Part shown: in pieces, positions 1-10,634 of the stretch
Layout: the number at the start of each line of letters is the position of its first letter
How positions within the stretch are numbered: the stretch's first letter is position 1
Assembly (NCBI RefSeq): GCF_964355755.1
Contig: NC_092674.1
Location: 16,120,001 to 16,184,000 of the forward strand
Direction of reading: 5' to 3'
DNA from: Antedon mediterranea
Lineage: Eukaryota > Animalia > Echinodermata
DNA length: 64,000 nt
Position numbers and translations under genes: made by a program
The notes under the pieces: model-generated
The model's input: the letters and a program-made list of their open reading frames with translations, nothing else
Databases searched by the model: none
What the model was told of the DNA's origin: nothing

Positions 1-425
1 ACATTCGGGTTCGTAATGTCATGTTGTTGATCGGTTCTTGTCTGCTGAATGCACTTGCTGTCCAGTGTAACACTATTTTTCTATATTTTGCAATCACACT
101 GTATACTATTGCATTAAATTTCAATTGCAACGAAGTTATCCTGAAAATGAAATAATAATATAATAATAATAATAATAACAATCAAAACATATTGTTGTAT
201 TCGAATCGAGTTACTCGATGAGGTATGTTTTAACTATGGAAGTGGTTAACAACAGTTTTAAACGATACGTGTGACTGGGAGAAGGCAAATGGGGACACGA
301 CACCCCTACTACATCATCCAACGCTACTCCTGGGCAGAAATTAAAGCCAACAGACGAAATGGCGATTCAAATGGCCAAGCAGCTAAGGCAGAGTCGCCGT
401 TTACCGTATATAACAATATCGCCAT

Positions 426-717
426 GGGTCCGAGGCTGACTCGCTCCTAGTTCTGGTCTTCTCAGATAAGGACTATAAACCGTAAGTAGTCCAGTCATGG
501 ATTAAGTGGTCCAGTGTACTATACACAGTTTACCCGTGTGTACTTTAAATAACTCAGTTCATCATTCGAGACGAGTATGGGAGTTACCCCGGTATCTGGT
601 TCACAAAATATCCCCTGTTTCAGGGGGATTACCACCTACCGTATCTGATAGGACAGTGATTAATTTACTATTGGTAATCGTTTGCAACATGTGCTTAAAG
701 ATAATAAAATAAATAAA
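426..717 (+). mobile_element. Nin/Deu-domain SINE, degenerate copy
   Basis: Core GTCTTCTCAGATAAGGACTATAAACCG...TTCGAGACGAGTATGGGAGTTACCCCGG is shared with the copy at 27145-27417 and resembles the Deu/Nin SINE central domain as I recall it. Ends in an (AAAT)n tail. Confidence 0.55.
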
Positions 718-2149
718 TCGTCAAATGAATTGTTTTTTGACAAGAACGTCAAAACTAGAAAGTCAATTAGAATTAATCTTTTTTTTTTAACTAAGTAAAT
801 GCTGAAAGTTTAGTATCCGAGTCTGACACAGAAACTGTGCAAGAAGCCAACAGGAGTAAAGGCACATTATTTTATATTTTATTCTAGGACGATATCGATC
901 ATCACCCTTAACTATGGGATTCCCATTTTTTATTTTGTCATGCATTTTATCTTGGATGAAAATAATATTTACACAAGTCCAATCGAATAACGTATTGATT
1001 AGAAGAGCACGCATTTCGTGACATAGGCCTACAACGATTTATAATTGGATTTTTAACAACATTATTTTCATTAAAGACAGCATAGTAAAATGATTACCCA
1101 TTTTCTTACGACCATAGTTTTAAGTATTTGAGAATATTAATAAAATGTGGGATTAGTTATCTCTGAAAGCTTCAGAAAACTACGTTGTGGTGAACGTTAA
1201 TGTTTTCCCATCTTCAAATTCTTCCCATACCCTAAAACTATTTAACATCATTTCCTGCGTTCAAAATCGATATTTCAATAATCAGGGGTTGGAATATTCA
1301 GGGAGATGTAAAACTGAAACTCCTCCCATATGGGATGGAGTTGATAGAAACGCAAGAAGTGCTGATTCAGTTGCAGCGGCTACAAAAAGGAGTTGTAGAA
1401 TATATGCCTATTTTAGAGAAAAATCCGCGCCCACAACAGAGGCACAGGTGGATATTATGGCCCTTTTAGGTAGTTCAATTGAAATAAATAATGATAAGGA
1501 CAAAACAGCTAAAGCCTCAGATAACCAAAGCAAAAACATGAATAAAAAGGGGTAGGCAAAAACCGGTGGGTACAGATTCTGTTTGGGGATGACATGACAA
1601 AAGGTGTAAATAAAAGAGCTACGACAGACTATACGATTACGTGTGCATGTGTTGATTTACAAAAAGCCCTTCTGAAGCGAAAGGGCCGGAAACTATACGT
1701 AAATCTACCCTCCGATTATTCTAGGCTATTTTCAGGAATTTAATAAAAATGAATTGAAATGAATACAGCACTGTAGTATCCATGGCCTATCAACAAAGGT
1801 AATCTAGCCTATAAACTCTTAGGTACAATAACTCAGCATTGGTGGTTGACGTCCTTTCAAATGATATCTCCATAACTTACCTTTTTAAGAATTTACGTGA
1901 CAAAAGATACTATAGGCCTAATACCTTATAGGCTAAATAGGTTTATTTCAATTTCAAAATTCAACAGATTCCTAAAAGAAGTAAATTAATAAATGAACTT
2001 CAATGGTCGATTGCACTTAGTTCTGTTAAATCATAGAGATGGTTAAGTCATGGTTAAATACACCTACTTACTTTCAATTCTTATGCTAATATAATTTCCA
2101 CAACGTGAACAATAAAAAGCAAATACTTAACAATGACAAAGAGTTGCAT

Positions 2150-2190
2150 CATAGAGATATTATAGTGAACTTCACTATAATATCTCTATG
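2150..2190. mobile_element. 41-bp palindromic miniature P-like element/footprint
   Basis: Perfect 20-bp arms CATAGAGATATTATAGTGAA / TTCACTATAATATCTCTATG, flanked by a 7-bp direct repeat GTTGCAT (2143-2149) / GTTGAAT (2191-2197). Confidence 0.55.
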
Positions 2191-2896
2191 GTTGAATAGA
2201 TCAATGCTTCAGTAATTTTGTTTCATTAAAGGGAAATTAAAGAGGTCATAGGCCGTACTAATATATTAGTATAAATCAATCCAGCATTTTATGTCAAACA
2301 CATTGAAAACAATTTAAAAAAATGAAGCACATAGATCACAAATCACACCTCGGTCATACCTTGGGAAATTAGCTGAAATATTGAGAGTACCCATAGCACG
2401 CCAACCGCTGGTTGTACGTGAGTCTAAATGTAATTGTGCAGAACAGAGTTTACATATCTCCAGAAATACTAGGTAGATACGTTTATTTTCATTTTAGTCT
2501 CATACATTCATAAAGATAAGAATATTTAGCCTATTTCAGAAAAATCACACCTCTGTGCACATGTAAAATGTATATGAAAATCAACTGAATGAAACCATGA
2601 TGAAACATAGCATAAATTATCGTTAAAGTTAACGATAAAGTGTTTGGTTTTTTTCAACAACAAAAATATTCAGAATAGCTGTTTCTTTTTCATGAAATGC
2701 CATATTTGATCCTTTTTTCCGATCCTTATTTTGTTGGATTTAGATAACTCAAAGATCAAATTTTCTATTCTACTTTCTAAATGAGTACATTCATTAATGT
2801 TATATTTTACTAATTGTTTACTGTAATTATATTATGGAATGAGTTTAGAATCTAGTTGGGCTTTAGCCTATTTTCAATCCTAATTATTGTTCATTG

Positions 2897-3335
2897 GTTT
2901 ACTTTATCGTTTTGATTTAGCTTTTCGCTCTTTTTTTGTATCTCCTTTGAGATCCAGCCACTGATACCCACAGCATTATCATTTTGTTCAGTAATTTGCC
3001 TTTGGATTTATATATATATATATAAATCCAAAGGCAAATTACTGAACAAAATGACAATGCTGTGGGTATCAGTGGCTGGATCTCAAAGGAGATACAAAAA
3101 TAAAAAGCGAAAAGCTAAATCAAAACGATAAAGTAAACAGCCAGAAAAGTTAGCAGAGCTTTCGGGCAACACTAGCCCTTCATCAGTGCAAGTGAAGGAA
3201 TTTGGATAACGTCAGAGTATAAAGCTGGCAAGTGCTGCCTGGGTGGACAGGAATAAAAGAAATATAACAAAGGGAGCCAGGGTGGAGTCTGAATAAGAGT
3301 GGAAAACAAAGAAGGTAGCTTGGTAGAGATATAAA
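2897..3335 (-). mobile_element. Penelope-like element terminal repeat (pLTR) with inverted end duplication
   Basis: About 2897-3010 and 3020-3138 are inverted copies around a (TA)n run. The sequence matches the opposite-strand copy at about 50905-51225 and contains a hammerhead core. Confidence 0.6.
3153..3189 (-). ncRNA. Minimal type I hammerhead ribozyme (Penelope type)
   Basis: Minus strand reads GCA-CTGATGA-A-GGGC(TAGTGTT)GCCC-GAAA-GC-TC-TGC. This gives the CUGAUGA and GAAA cores, stem II, a GCA/UGC stem I, a palindromic AGCU in place of stem III and a UC cleavage site. Confidence 0.7.
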
Positions 3336-3353
3336 CAATTTTGGAATGAGACT

Positions 3354-4140
3354 AAACAAGGCCAACAGCCATTAAGTCGCGTGCTACAATGCATAGTGAT
3401 ACCGGACCGACAGACAAACAGACCGACAGACAGACCGACAGACAGACGGACCGACCGACATAGTGAACTATACTGACCGAAATTACTGAACATGTTTAAA
3501 AATGTTGAAATGTTTAAAAACATTTATATTTTTTTAATTTACACGTGCGTAGCCTGTCACTTTTGACGTGCTCGTATAACATAATTTCGAGTTGAAAAGT
3601 AAGTCAAGAAAACAGAAATCGGGCAAAAAGAGTGCGCAATAACATTTAACGCGCAGTGCGCGCGCAAAAATCTGCGCACTCATGGCAATTTTGTAAACGC
3701 TTAAAATTACCTGAAACGTACTCTTATTTCATCGAAAATAAATTTTGAAAATTTTAGGCGCGCGTACGCATGCGTTACATGCGCTACGCACGTAATTGTA
3801 TTGCCATATGATGATTTATGCCCTGAAATTTATGAGTACCAAATTTTATTTAATTGTGATTCATGGTTGTTAAGATATGATTACAAACGTGATTTCGTTA
3901 AATCGTGCGTAGACCGCGTAATTTTTTATTGCGCACCGTGAAATCATAACCACATCGATTCCTGGCCATAAGGAATATTCTGTGAAAAATTGATTTAGCT
4001 AGATTAAACTGATATCAAGATAAGGTCATAAAGCGATAAAACGCATAGTGATACCGGACCGACAGACAGACCGACAGACAGACAGACAGACCGACCGACC
4101 GACATAGTGAACTATAGAGTCGCTTCCACGCGACTAAAAA
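3354..4140 (-). mobile_element. Helentron-associated (DINE-1/HINE-like) non-autonomous element
   Basis: Two (GACA/GACC)n microsatellite blocks (3405-3460, 4057-4103), a terminal hairpin GTCGC-TTCCAC-GCGAC next to an A/T run, and an AAACAAGGCC end. A short decayed relative lies at about 38912-39008. Confidence 0.5.
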
Positions 4141-4390
4141 CAGCTTAAATGGTGGTTAATATTGAAACTTAAATTTTGGTAGTCAATGGAATAATTTTAC
4201 CGATCTGGGAGTATGAGTATGAGTATATATATATATATATACACACTTTATTTATTCACGAGACTAATGCACAGCACAACTCGTTCAATCAAACATTGAT
4301 TGTTTTCACACAAGTTCGTGATATTACAAAATAATCAAACACCATATAAATACGAAAAACGAAAGACAAACATTTGAAGAAAAAAAATTA

Positions 4391-4489
4391 CAGCAGAATC
4401 CCTTCCAATCTGACACCTCTATTTAGGGGACACCATACCGGGTAAACGGGAACCCCTATCTAAATGTCTCTTTTATAGGGATTCTTCTG
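4391..4489. mobile_element. Tc1/mariner-pogo-type MITE
   Basis: TIRs CAGCAGAATCCCT / AGGGATTCTTCTG (1 mismatch) flanked by TA on both sides. Confidence 0.5.
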
Positions 4490-6088
4490 TAGTACATAAT
4501 AAATGGTTTTTTGTTTTCATTTTTGATCTTAAAATGACGATGACGATGATGGGTTTTTTTACCATTCTTAAAAATTGGCGTGAGATCTTTCTTATTTTCC
4601 ACATATTTGGGAATTTACGTATTTGTGAAAGAGTTATTTATTATGTTTGTAATAATTGGGGCTATGATTAGGCAGAAATTTTAAACATGAATGGTGGTAA
4701 ATTATCATGGCCAGTGGCTTTGTTTTTGAAAGATTACTTAAGTATTTATACGTGTGATATGTTCGTATTCAAAATTATTGTCGGTGAAAGCATCGATTTC
4801 ATCATAATTTGTATCATTTATCGGCTCAAGATTTGTACCTGTATTAATTTCATCGCCATGATATTAATACAAATTGTTTAATAGTTTGATTTTCCTTTTT
4901 TGACGATATAATATATGGTTTATCTTTTCAATTACATCATCATTGAGCCAAAGAGCTGTTTAAAAAAACATAACATCTATTAATCTAGAGGAATGTTTTT
5001 CTATACGTGTTGGTTCTTCAATAATCTGTTTTAGATTAAAATTTTCACTTAATTCAATTAGCTTCTTTGTGTACAATGAGGATTGTCAGACATAACGTCA
5101 CAGTTTAAATCTCTCATCATCATCTGTGGAGTTGTAATCAAACTCAATACGAAGGAAATGGCGCCGATAATTTTGTCCGAGCTGGTGAATCGGAGACTTT
5201 TTATAATAATCGCACGTATAGAATACTATGTGTCTTAAACGGAGAGGTAGAAGGGGTGGAAGACACTGTCGCAGACCCATACGGCCAGTCATTTCTCGAC
5301 GGGTCTATCGGAGAAACAATGTACGTGGTACGAATCGAACCCTTGTCAATATTCCCCTCATTGATACTTGAATAAGTTAAACGAATCAACACAACATAAT
5401 CCTAAGCCTATTCCAACACGCATTTCGTTACCAATTCGTAGGCCCACCCCATGTACTAATTCGAAAGCAACGAACTTAACTAACATACAATTGACTGCAA
5501 TGTCTGTGTGTAATAAAACAATAACAGTGTTCGATTATATTCTAGAATTTAATGTGGATATACTCCTAATTACGGAGACATGGATTAAAAATGGCGACTC
5601 AGTAACCACCAAGGAATGTACACCTGATGGATATACATTCTTGAATGTCCCGCGCAAATCAGATCAAGATGAAGGTGGATTATTAATTATCTATAAGTCG
5701 TACCTGAAATTTGTAAGTTCACCACTTAAATCCGATTTTACTACATTTGAACATGCGTGCTTAACCGACACATTGAAGACGTATCAGTTAGTCGCAGTAT
5801 ACAGGCCCCCTCCATCGCAAAGGAATGGACTCAAAACCTGCACATTTATCAGAAGATTTTCTGCATGAAGTTTCGTGCCTGTCCGGAAATCCCATCATTA
5901 TTGGAGATATAAATGTTCATGTGGACACTCCAGATAAATGGGATACTTAGATATCTTAACCTGATCCATGACCACAACTTTATCCAACTAGTAGATGGTC
6001 CAACACAGCAATCTGGTCACACTCTAGATCATGTTATCGTGCGAAAGGATGACGGAGCTGTTTTAAATTGTGTAATATCACCTAACAC

Positions 6089-6542
6089 TTATGGATCAGA
6101 TCACAATATGATATCGTTTCGTCTACAAGCAGGTAACCCAGAAAAATCTTAATTAACTGTAACATCGCGTTGCTTTAAATGGGTAAACATAGAGTCGCTT
6201 AAAAAGGACCTCGAAGCAGAACTTTACCCTATACTCACAACTAATGACCCCAGCACACAAGTCAAACTTTATAATAAAGGAATTCGCTGTGTATTAGACA
6301 AGCATTAAAGGATTATTATGGATCAGATCACAATATGATATCGTTTCGTCTACAAGCAGGTAACCCAGAAAAATCTTAATTAACTGTAACATCGCGTTGC
6401 TTTAAATGGGTAAACATAGAGTCGCTTAAAAAGGACCTCGAAGCAGAACTTTACCCTATACTCACAACTAATGACCCCAGCACACAAGTCAAACTTTATA
6501 ATAAAGGAATTCGCTGTGTATTAGACAAGCATTAAAGGATTA
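6089..6542 (+). repeat. 227-bp tandem duplication inside the L2 element
   Basis: 6089-6315 is repeated at 6316-6542 (TTATGGATCAGATCAC...GCATTAAAGGATTA). Confidence 0.9.
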
Positions 6543-6783
6543 TCATAAAAAAAGTTTCACAAAACCCATTGTGGTTTACCGACGATGTTAAACGCGCCAG
6601 AATTGACCGTAGGAAAGCTGAGCGTAAAGCCTATTTTACACTAGACGAATTTATTCGCGCGACGCGAATTATTTCGCCGCGAAAAAGTTCGCGCGATTGT
6701 ATATTTTATTTTACACTAGCAATTCGTGATTCGATTCGCTCGGTAGTTTTCGCGCCATTAGCGGTGATTAGCGCGAAATTAAA

Positions 6784-8115
6784 ATGGCTGCAGTGAATGT
6801 TAGACAACTTTTACTTATAAAATCACGATTATTAACTATGTTAATACTAAGGAGGAGACAACAGACACGGATGCAGCGATTTAGAAGAAGACGACGGTTT
6901 TGGGTAAGGAAGATATATGAAGAACGTGAGCAAAAGGGAGAATTCCATCTTCTCGTTCAGGAACTGAAACTGCACGATGCAGAATACTTCTTTCGGTGTT
7001 TTAGAAGGTCTCCAGAATTGTATGAACACCTCTTGAGTTTAGTAGGTCCACATATTCAGAAATCTACGACTAAAATGAGACAGCCCATCGGCCCAAGTGA
7101 ACGATTTACAGTTTGTCTGAGATACTTAGTGACTGGAGATGCACAAGTAACAATAGGTGCAAGTTACCGCATGAGCCCAGCAACAGTAGGAATTATAATA
7201 AATGAAACGTGTAATGTTCTCTGGACGGTCCTAAACCAGGAAGGTTATATAAAACACCCATCGTCAGAGGATGAATGGAAATGCATTGCCAAAGATTTTT
7301 CTGATCACTGGAATTTCCCAAACTGTCTGGGTGCCATAGATGGGAAACATGTTGTCTTGCAAGCACCAGCAAATTCTGGATCAGCCTATTTTAATTATAA
7401 GAAAACATTTAGCATCGTACTCATGGCAGTCTGTGATTCAAATTATCAATTTACTTTGGTAGATATTGGGGATAGCGGTCGGCAAAGCGATGGAAGTGTG
7501 TATAATAATAGTCATTTGGGGTATGCAATTGAAAATAATTTGTTACACATCCCAGGACCACGACGGCTCCCAAATTCAGACAAACGTCTTCCATTTGTAT
7601 TTATTGGAGACGATGCATTTGGATTGAAACCCCATATGATGAAACCATTTCCGTCACAGAATTTGTCTATGGATAAACGCGTCTTTAATTATCGGTTGTC
7701 TAGAGCAAGAAGGGTGATCGAGAACACTTTTGGAATAGCTGCAAGTAGATTCAGAATATTACGAAGGCCCATTATTGCCAGTGTACAAAAAGTAATCCTA
7801 ATCACAAAAGCCATTGTTGTACTTCATAACTTTTTGATGAAAACAAATGCAATTAATAATAACAATTATTGTCCACCAAACTTTGTTGACCGTGACGGAC
7901 CATCCGGATTTAGAGGAGGGGATTGGAGAAAAGACAACGATGCTATTGGGGGATTGCAACCTATGCAGCGACTTGGTTCTAACAATTATTCAAACAATGC
8001 TGCTACAGTCCGACAAGACTATATGCATTATTTCAATAATGAAGGGCAAGTAGAATGGCAATGGCAACTGGTGAATCGTACTGTAACTTCACGCGATGTG
8101 TCTTTAGATGAATGA
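6784..8115 (+). CDS. Harbinger DDE transposase (HARBI1-like, DDE_Tnp_4), 443 aa
   Basis: Open ORF with LRYLVTG HTH region, NCLGAIDGKHV (D), IGDDAF (D) and FNYRLSRARRVIENTFG (E). Confidence 0.95.
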   Translation: MAAVNVRQLLLIKSRLLTMLILRRRQQTRMQRFRRRRRFWVRKIYEEREQKGEFHLLVQELKLHDAEYFFRCFRRSPELYEHLLSLVGPHIQKSTTKMRQPIGPSERFTVCLRYLVTGDAQVTIGASYRMSPATVGIIINETCNVLWTVLNQEGYIKHPSSEDEWKCIAKDFSDHWNFPNCLGAIDGKHVVLQAPANSGSAYFNYKKTFSIVLMAVCDSNYQFTLVDIGDSGRQSDGSVYNNSHLGYAIENNLLHIPGPRRLPNSDKRLPFVFIGDDAFGLKPHMMKPFPSQNLSMDKRVFNYRLSRARRVIENTFGIAASRFRILRRPIIASVQKVILITKAIVVLHNFLMKTNAINNNNYCPPNFVDRDGPSGFRGGDWRKDNDAIGGLQPMQRLGSNNYSNNAATVRQDYMHYFNNEGQVEWQWQLVNRTVTSRDVSLDE

Positions 8116-8648
8116 ACTACTGGAGAGTGATTTATCAACGTTGACAACTATTTTATTTTAACATGATACAATACAATACAAAACTAAACTCAATTGTGAC
8201 TACACTGGCATCAGTGAATGTTCATCACATTTACATTTAAGTATAGGAAAAATGGTTGCAGTACTCAAACTTTAACTAATTTTAAGAGTAAAATAAAAAC
8301 ATGAATGCTATAGCCTATAAAAGAGTAATTACATGCACAAATGTAACACTAAACTAACTAATTTCTATTGATTTACCATTTTGTATGTAATGTACAAGCT
8401 TCACAATTATTTGAAATAAAATGCATTGTATTCGAGGTTGTACCGATATGTTATTATTGTATATTGTATTTCAGGATCTTGTCTCGAGCAAGGGACAAGA
8501 CATCTGTTAACGATTGTGCAACAGGGTTTGATTAACCCAGTCCAACAGACATCAGTGAATTTTACTGAGGCCAAACCAAAACATTTGTTGCCAAATATAG
8601 ACATAATATGAAAGTTAATTAATGACATTCTATCTATAGGCCTACATG

Positions 8649-9966
8649 TTATTCAAAGTCAAATTCTAAGTCAAATAACAACTGGCTGACTTTGATCATC
8701 GCAAGTCTTCTTTTTCTTAACGGCAGTGACGAGATGATCGGAATGAGGCTTCTACAATACAAAGACACCTCGTTATCATTGTCTGGTTTTGTGGTCAGCG
8801 ACATTATCGCTTCATTTGTTGTTTCCAGGTTTTGTAGTAGAATTGTATTTAGTGGATCCGATGATTGACGCCCCTTTGACCCGTGTCTGTTTTTAGGAGG
8901 GGGTGCTGGTGTTTCAGTAATTTTTCGTTTGGCACAAACAATCGGATTGTTAATACTAGTATCACTGGACGTTGATGCAACATCTTCAATGATCCCTGGT
9001 TCTGGTTGAAGGTTGCTTTCGGTGGGTTTGTTAGCTGTGCGGTCATGTAAAAACCTCATTTGCTCGAAATACTTGCACTTTGGCAACACCGATGCGCCAG
9101 CACCAGATCTCGTCAGTTTGGTTCGCTTGTCTAGGCATTTCTTCAAACTGTCTTTGAGGTTCTTCATTTGTTTCTGCAAGAACTCAACTGAAAACAATTA
9201 AAAATGTATTTATTTACATTTTATTTGTTTAATACTTGAATGATCAAAATGGTTACTTATATAACTTATAGCAGTAAGCTGTCATTTATATTATACCATT
9301 ACCAGCTAAATATTAGTATTTATTATTATAATTCATATTATGGTTTATTTTACTGTTTACAATTTATTACATTTCTGGTCTGGATTATATTTTTTGCATA
9401 TATATTTTGCAATAAATATTGAAGAAATTTCACACAAAAAACATAATTAAAATGAGTTCTAGGAGGGATAGAATAGCAAATGTTTACTCTGTACACCTCG
9501 ACCGAGGGCCCTTTTGGCGGCCCCCTGGCCCCCCAGCCAACAATGGTGCTCGCTGCGCTTGCAACCTGACCACGCTACGGCCCTGATGATTAACCATCGT
9601 TTTCATATTAATCACAGACTGATATTTTTATTTACGAAACTAAAATTATAGAACAGTAGTATACCTAGGCCTAGGCTAGGCCTAGGCCTAGGCCTAGTAC
9701 TACTTACCGTCTTTGTTAAAGACTTGCCCTATTTTCACCCAGGCAGTTTGTTTCATCGGCCTGTTCTTATAGCCCTCACAGTGAGTGTCCCAGAGACATC
9801 TATATTTTCTGACCACTTCCAAGAACAGTTCCTTGTCAAATTCTAGTGCAAAATTTGGCTCTTCGATGTTTTCCTCGATATCAGTAGCATCAATTGTACT
9901 ACTATAAATTGAACTAGTAGTACTAGTATCACCGAACCATGACATATTATTATTATTTTCATCCAT
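8649..9966 (-). CDS. Harbinger accessory MADF (Myb/SANT-like) protein with BESS-like C-terminus, 2 exons, 265 aa
   Basis: Exon 1 is 9966-9708 (FLEVVRKYRCLWD...YKNR..KQTAW, donor G|GTAAG). Exon 2 is 9187-8649 (acceptor TTTTCAG). The phase-1 join reads NKD-V-EFLQKQMKNLKDSL. The C-terminus LYCRSLIPIISSLP..KRRLAMIKVSQLL is BESS-like. Confidence 0.85.
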
Positions 9967-10260
9967 TTTTTTCTCGGGGGGGGGGGGGGGGGATGAGGAA
10001 TAAAAGGTCAGGTCTGGTCAGGTTACAAGTATGACGTCGAAATCTCTATCGATTTGATTGGCTTGCGCTTTATTTCGCTGCGACGATCAACGAAAAAGTT
10101 AAAACTGGTCGAACTCACTTTTTCGTCGCGGCGAAAAATTGCGAGCTGCTAGAGCGATGCAGCGAAGGTGACGTTTCAAGGAAAAAACAAACAGCGCATG
10201 CGTATCCTCGAAATAATTCGCGTCGCGCGAATAAATTCGCCTAGTGTAAAATAGGCTTAA

Positions 10261-10634
10261 AGCCTATTTTCCACTAGGCGAATTTGTTCGCGCGAATCGA
10301 AAGCGTCATGCTCTGCGCATGCGTATTCGAGTTTCTGTCTGTCATACTCCCTTCTGCGACGAATTCTAGTTCCTTGATTTTTCGCTTCAGCGAAATTTAC
10401 TAGTTCGAATTGTTTCTACTTTTTGCGAAGCGAAATATTGCGCAACCAATCAGAGCTCAGGAAATGAGTTATGACGCTTTCATGAGCAGTCATGCGAATC
10501 GAAATGCTCAGCAACCACGCGAGGAACATGAACGTCGCAGCTTTTCGCTCATGTAGTGGAAAGAGAGTAGGCGATTTTTTTCTCTTCGAAACGTTTGATT
10601 CGCGCGAACAAATTCGCCTAGTGGAAAATCGGCT
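10261..10634. mobile_element. Harbinger MITE (374 bp)
   Basis: 38-bp TIRs AGCCTATTTTCCACTAGGCGAATTTGTTCGCGCGAATC (1 mismatch), related to the autonomous element's TIRs. TAA on both sides (10258-10260, 10635-10637). Confidence 0.9.

Larger units (their letters stand above)
6628..10257 (+). mobile_element. PIF/Harbinger DNA transposon, apparently intact and autonomous
   Basis: 49-bp TIRs (6628-6676 and 10209-10257, 1 mismatch), TAA TSD (6625-6627, 10258-10260), and convergent DDE nuclease and MADF genes. Confidence 0.95.

Noticed and set aside
787-1670. Possible decayed membrane-protein gene (hydrophobic minus frame) or the 122-aa plus ORF
   Set aside because: There are several stops, no recognisable motif and no splice structure. 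AT-rich DNA readily gives hydrophobic translations.
6569-6796. 75-aa ORF
   Set aside because: It is a chimera of L2 ORF2 and the Harbinger left TIR.
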